Source: Azolla caroliniana
Taxonomy: Eukaryota; Plantae; Polypodiophyta
Assembly: GCA_043228905.1 (NCBI GenBank)
Contig: JBHGNT010000012.1
Span: forward strand, 17,174,001-17,238,000
Direction of reading: 5' to 3'
Length of the DNA: 64,000 nucleotides
Positions 60,309 through 64,000 of the stretch are shown piece by piece. The translations under genes and the position numbers were made by a program. Within the stretch, counting starts at the first letter, position 1, and every line of letters begins with the position of its first letter. The notes below the pieces were generated by a model. That model was not told the origin of the DNA. It searched no databases and was given only the letters and a program-made list of their open reading frames with translations.

Positions 60309-63300
60309 TGTTAAGAGTCTATTACTAATCAATAGACCAAATCAAGTAAAAAGGAAGAAAATAGATTGGATAGAAGAACCCGTTCCACCCGACCACCCCC
60401 GAGCTATGATCTAGACATAGCCAACCTACCACCGACGTCCCATACCGCCGGATATTAGGATGACTAATACCTTGGAAGAGATAAACACGATCGTCGAGAC
60501 GAAAGCCTAGCCCGCACCACCGGTGTCTACGACAGCAGCCTTCCGACGTCATTCCTATGAGGGTAGCTAAGCCTCATATTTATACCTTTTCCTAGGCCCC
60601 TTGAATAGATGTGCCTTTCTAAAAGGCTCTCTATTCATTGGTTGTCTAAATCATGATAGTGCATGCACATATCATTCATTCTATCCAATCATTAGTCCCC
60701 TTTTTAATAATAGTGAACATACCCTTCACTAATGTAAATATTAGTGACCTACCCTCACCAACGTTATGTGTACATAACATACTCCCCTACTTCAAAAGAT
60801 TGCACTCTTGCAATATAAAGTGAGGAAATTGTGCCTTAAGCGAATGCTCGCGTTCCCATGTGGCATCATCAATAGGTTTATCCATCCATTTGATCTTGAA
60901 TAGCCGAATCTCTTTAGAACGTAAACGTTTAGTACGAGAATCAAGAATTCGTTCAGGAACATGAGGTTTGTAAGAAAAATCCTCTAATGTTACAAGATCT
61001 TGGATTGTGATGGTGTTATCACCAGAGCCTAAAAATGGTTTTAGACGACTGACGTGAAAAACAGGATGAATACCCACGTTACGAGGTAAGGCAAGGTGAT
61101 AAGCAGATGACCCAACTCGCTTAAGGATTTCAAATGGGCCACAATATCGTGGGGCTAACTTAGCGCACTTGCCCGTAGATAATGACGTAGAATCAGTCGG
61201 GACACGCAAAAAAACTTTTTGACCAATAGTAAATGCACGAGGACGTCTATCCTGATCAGCATAAAATCGAGCACGATCTTGAGCTGTCTTGACATTTTCT
61301 TTGGCAATATGCAACATTTGGTTCATGTCTTGCAAAAAATTGCGTGTACTGTCTAATGTATCACGATGAATCGTGACATCAACTGGGGCACGTGGCTGAA
61401 AACCATACATCAACATAAAAGGACTATATCCAGTGGATGTATGTTTAGAGCTATTATAGGCAAATTCTAAGATGGGAAGGTATTGCTCCCACTTAGAAGG
61501 GGTTTTTGCTACATAAGCTCGAAGCATGTCCTCAATAATTTGATTAACTCGTTCAGTTTGTCCATCAGACTGAGGATGATCTACGGAACTCATGCTCAAC
61601 GTAGTTTCTAGTTTCTTAAAGACCTGAGTCCAAAAGTCACTATTAAACTTGGAATCTCGATCACTAACAATATCCATCGGTAATCCATAAAAACGAAATA
61701 ACTCATCAACAAATTGATAAGCCAACTGTTGAGCGGTTACCGTGCCTTTTGTAGGAATAAATCTAGCTAATTTTGTTAGCCTGTCAACGACAACCCATAT
61801 GGCATCATGACCCCTCTGTGTACGAGGTAAACTAACAATAAAATCCATCGAGATACTTTCCCATTTATTGTTGGGAATATCTAAGGGATGTAAAAGACCA
61901 GCAGCTTTAAGTCGTTCCGACTTATTAATCTGACATTGTAAGCATTGAGTTACGTATTTATGCACGTCAGAGCGCATCTTAGGCCAGAAAAAAGTACACG
62001 AGATGAGAACGAGTGTGCGTTGTATTCCAGGATGACCAGCAGATGGTGCATCATGACATTCATGAAAAAATTTCTGTTTAACATTTGGTAAATCTGGAAC
62101 ACAGACCTTTCCACTACGGTAGAGCAAACCGTTTGTAATGTGAAAGGTCGCCTTCGAGGGTAGGGTGCTAGTATCGGCATCTAAACCAGATTCGGCTTTC
62201 GTCCAGTATTTTGAGAAATAACTGTCATCAAGGTATTTCCCTCGAAGGTGATCTAAAAGATCAGATTTTATTTCCGTGAAGCTAAGCATGTTAACTTCTT
62301 TAATGCGACTAAGAGCATCAGCAACGGTGTTCATAGAACCCTTGCGATATCGTATGGAAAAATCAAAATCTTGCATAAGGTCAGCCCAACGGCCTTTACG
62401 ACCAACAAGATCGGGCTGGTCACAAAAATACTTTAATGATTGATGGTCTGTTGTAACCACAAATTTATTTCCATAGAGATAGTGCCTCCATGTTTTAAGT
62501 GCGTGTATCACCGCAAACAACTCTTTCTCTTGAACCGAATACCGAGATTGAGCAGCATCAAGCTTCTTACTTTCAAAAGCAATAGGCTGACCACCTTGAT
62601 AAAGAACGGCACAAATAGCATAATCACTAGCATCGGTTTCAATTGAGAAAGGCTTAGAAGGGTCTGGTAATAGAAGAGTGGGAGCCTGACACACATGCTC
62701 CTTGAGTGTCTCAAATGATTTGTCAAGTTGTTCATTCCATGAAATTGGTTTGACAGACTTACGTGGATGACCTTTTAAAAGGTCAGTTAATGGCGTAGTC
62801 AATTTGGAATAGTTACGAATTGATTTTCGTAAAAATCCAACAAACCCTAAGAATGATCTAAGTTCACGAATATTACGAGGAATGTGCCAAAGTTTAACCT
62901 TTTCAATACGAGAAGGTTCAATTTCAACGCCCTTTTCTGTAATTAAATGACCTAGGTACACAATAGATTTTTGGAAGAAGTCACATTTTGAATGTTTTGC
63001 ATAGAAAGAGTTGTCACGCAACTTTCGCAAAACAAATCGAACATGTTGAACATGATCTTGCAAGGTACGGCTATATATCAAAATATCATCCAAGAAGACG
63101 ACAACAAAATCACCGAGTTGATCTCGGAAAACATCATTCATCGCTTGTTGGAATGTGGCTGGAGCATTAGTCAACCCAAACGGCATGACTAAAAACTCAT
63201 AATGGCCATAGCGCGTACGAAAAGCGGTTTTAGGAATATCATCCTCGGCGATGCGAATCTGATGATAACCAGTTCGTAAGTCAATTTTCGTAAAATATCG

Positions 63301-64000
63301 AGCCCCGTGCAAACGATCAATCAAATCATCGGCACGAGGTAATGGATATGCATTCTTAATTGTCATTTTATTCAAACGGCGATAATTGATACACATTCGC
63401 CACGAACCTTCCTTCTTCTTGACTAATAGAACTGGCGCACCCCAAGGTGATTTACTATACCTAATGTGGCCCATACTCAAGTATTCCTTAAGTTGTTTAG
63501 CGATCTCATCCTCTTCTAATCGACTAAGTCGGTAAGGTGGAATGCTCACAGGAGCAGCCCCAGGGATGAGTTCAATTTGATGGTCCACATTACGTTTAGG
63601 TGGTAAAGTAAGCGGTAATTCAGTAGGAAACACATCTTGAAAATCCTCTAAAATAGAGTCGAGTAATCGTTGCTCAAAATGTGGTAATTGTGTGGCGTCA
63701 ATATTAAAATAATAAAATTGAACCGCAGGATCAATTACACACGAATAAATTAATGAACTAGAATACTCACTTAAAGATTTAGAAGACACAAGTGAATGAG
63801 AAGGAAGTTTGGAACATTGAATAAAATGTTTACAATTATTAAGTTCAAATGTGATTGAGTGATTAACCCAATCAATGGACAAAGAAGGGTTTTTATTAAA
63901 AAACCAAGGATATCCTAAAATGACATCTGCGGATTGTAATTTCATAACATGAAAGTCAAGCTTCTCCAAATAAGTATCTATTTGAATTAGCAGTTGACAA
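60309..64000 (-). mobile_element. Ty3/Gypsy chromovirus, 3' part; 3' LTR 60309-60779
   Basis: TG..CA LTR preceded on the minus strand by PPT AAGTAGGGGAGTA. The element continues past the window end. Confidence 0.93.
60787..64000 (-). CDS. Chromovirus Pol (protease end, RT, RNase H, integrase, chromodomain), open frame >1060 aa
   Basis: VILGYPW; [12 protein letters not shown]; FLDDILIYS; IETDASD; [13 protein letters not shown]; SMDFI; DGQTERVNQ; GPF; [17 protein letters not shown]. Confidence 0.95.
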   Translation of the reverse strand, partial: CQLLIQIDTYLEKLDFHVMKLQSADVILGYPWFFNKNPSLSIDWVNHSITFELNNCKHFIQCSKLPSHSLVSSKSLSEYSSSLIYSCVIDPAVQFYYFNIDATQLPHFEQRLLDSILEDFQDVFPTELPLTLPPKRNVDHQIELIPGAAPVSIPPYRLSRLEEDEIAKQLKEYLSMGHIRYSKSPWGAPVLLVKKKEGSWRMCINYRRLNKMTIKNAYPLPRADDLIDRLHGARYFTKIDLRTGYHQIRIAEDDIPKTAFRTRYGHYEFLVMPFGLTNAPATFQQAMNDVFRDQLGDFVVVFLDDILIYSRTLQDHVQHVRFVLRKLRDNSFYAKHSKCDFFQKSIVYLGHLITEKGVEIEPSRIEKVKLWHIPRNIRELRSFLGFVGFLRKSIRNYSKLTTPLTDLLKGHPRKSVKPISWNEQLDKSFETLKEHVCQAPTLLLPDPSKPFSIETDASDYAICAVLYQGGQPIAFESKKLDAAQSRYSVQEKELFAVIHALKTWRHYLYGNKFVVTTDHQSLKYFCDQPDLVGRKGRWADLMQDFDFSIRYRKGSMNTVADALSRIKEVNMLSFTEIKSDLLDHLRGKYLDDSYFSKYWTKAESGLDADTSTLPSKATFHITNGLLYRSGKVCVPDLPNVKQKFFHECHDAPSAGHPGIQRTLVLISCTFFWPKMRSDVHKYVTQCLQCQINKSERLKAAGLLHPLDIPNNKWESISMDFIVSLPRTQRGHDAIWVVVDRLTKLARFIPTKGTVTAQQLAYQFVDELFRFYGLPMDIVSDRDSKFNSDFWTQVFKKLETTLSMSSVDHPQSDGQTERVNQIIEDMLRAYVAKTPSKWEQYLPILEFAYNSSKHTSTGYSPFMLMYGFQPRAPVDVTIHRDTLDSTRNFLQDMNQMLHIAKENVKTAQDRARFYADQDRRPRAFTIGQKVFLRVPTDSTSLSTGKCAKLAPRYCGPFEILKRVGSSAYHLALPRNVGIHPVFHVSRLKPFLGSGDNTITIQDLVTLEDFSYKPHVPERILDSRTKRLRSKEIRLFKIKWMDKPIDDATWEREHSLKAQFPHFILQECNLLK

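Overview
Eukaryotic land-plant nuclear DNA (GT-AG introns, microsatellites, plant TE families). A fern or other spore-bearing vascular plant is an inference from the style of the PPR fragment and the TE lineages. Four intact spliced genes can be assembled by hand with consistent intron phases: a U-box/ARM E3 ligase (+, 1493-9113), a LAP3/SSL13-like strictosidine-synthase-like protein (+, 12840-16439), a SANT/Myb-like DUF3755 protein (+, 29335-33735) and a PMEI-less pectin methylesterase (-, 34875-37783). The rest is transposon-derived and heavily nested: four Ty1/Copia copies (one very young), solo LTRs with TSDs, a degenerate Gypsy, a chromovirus with an intact pol, two LINE families, two hAT-like non-autonomous elements and a MULE. 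The most unusual items are: (1) a 9.8-kb insertion with TG..CA-type ends, a 5-bp TSD and ~97-bp terminal INVERTED repeats that each contain an outward-facing tRNA-like (A/B-box) sequence; (2) a transposase-bearing MULE that captured the 5' part of a PLS-type PPR gene; (3) a Gypsy remnant with a retropepsin downstream of the integrase; (4) a Copia family with a conserved ~180-aa in-frame Pol tail between two PPT-like motifs; (5) a PME with a novel repeat-containing N-terminal extension. All alignments were done by eye; no database searches were run.
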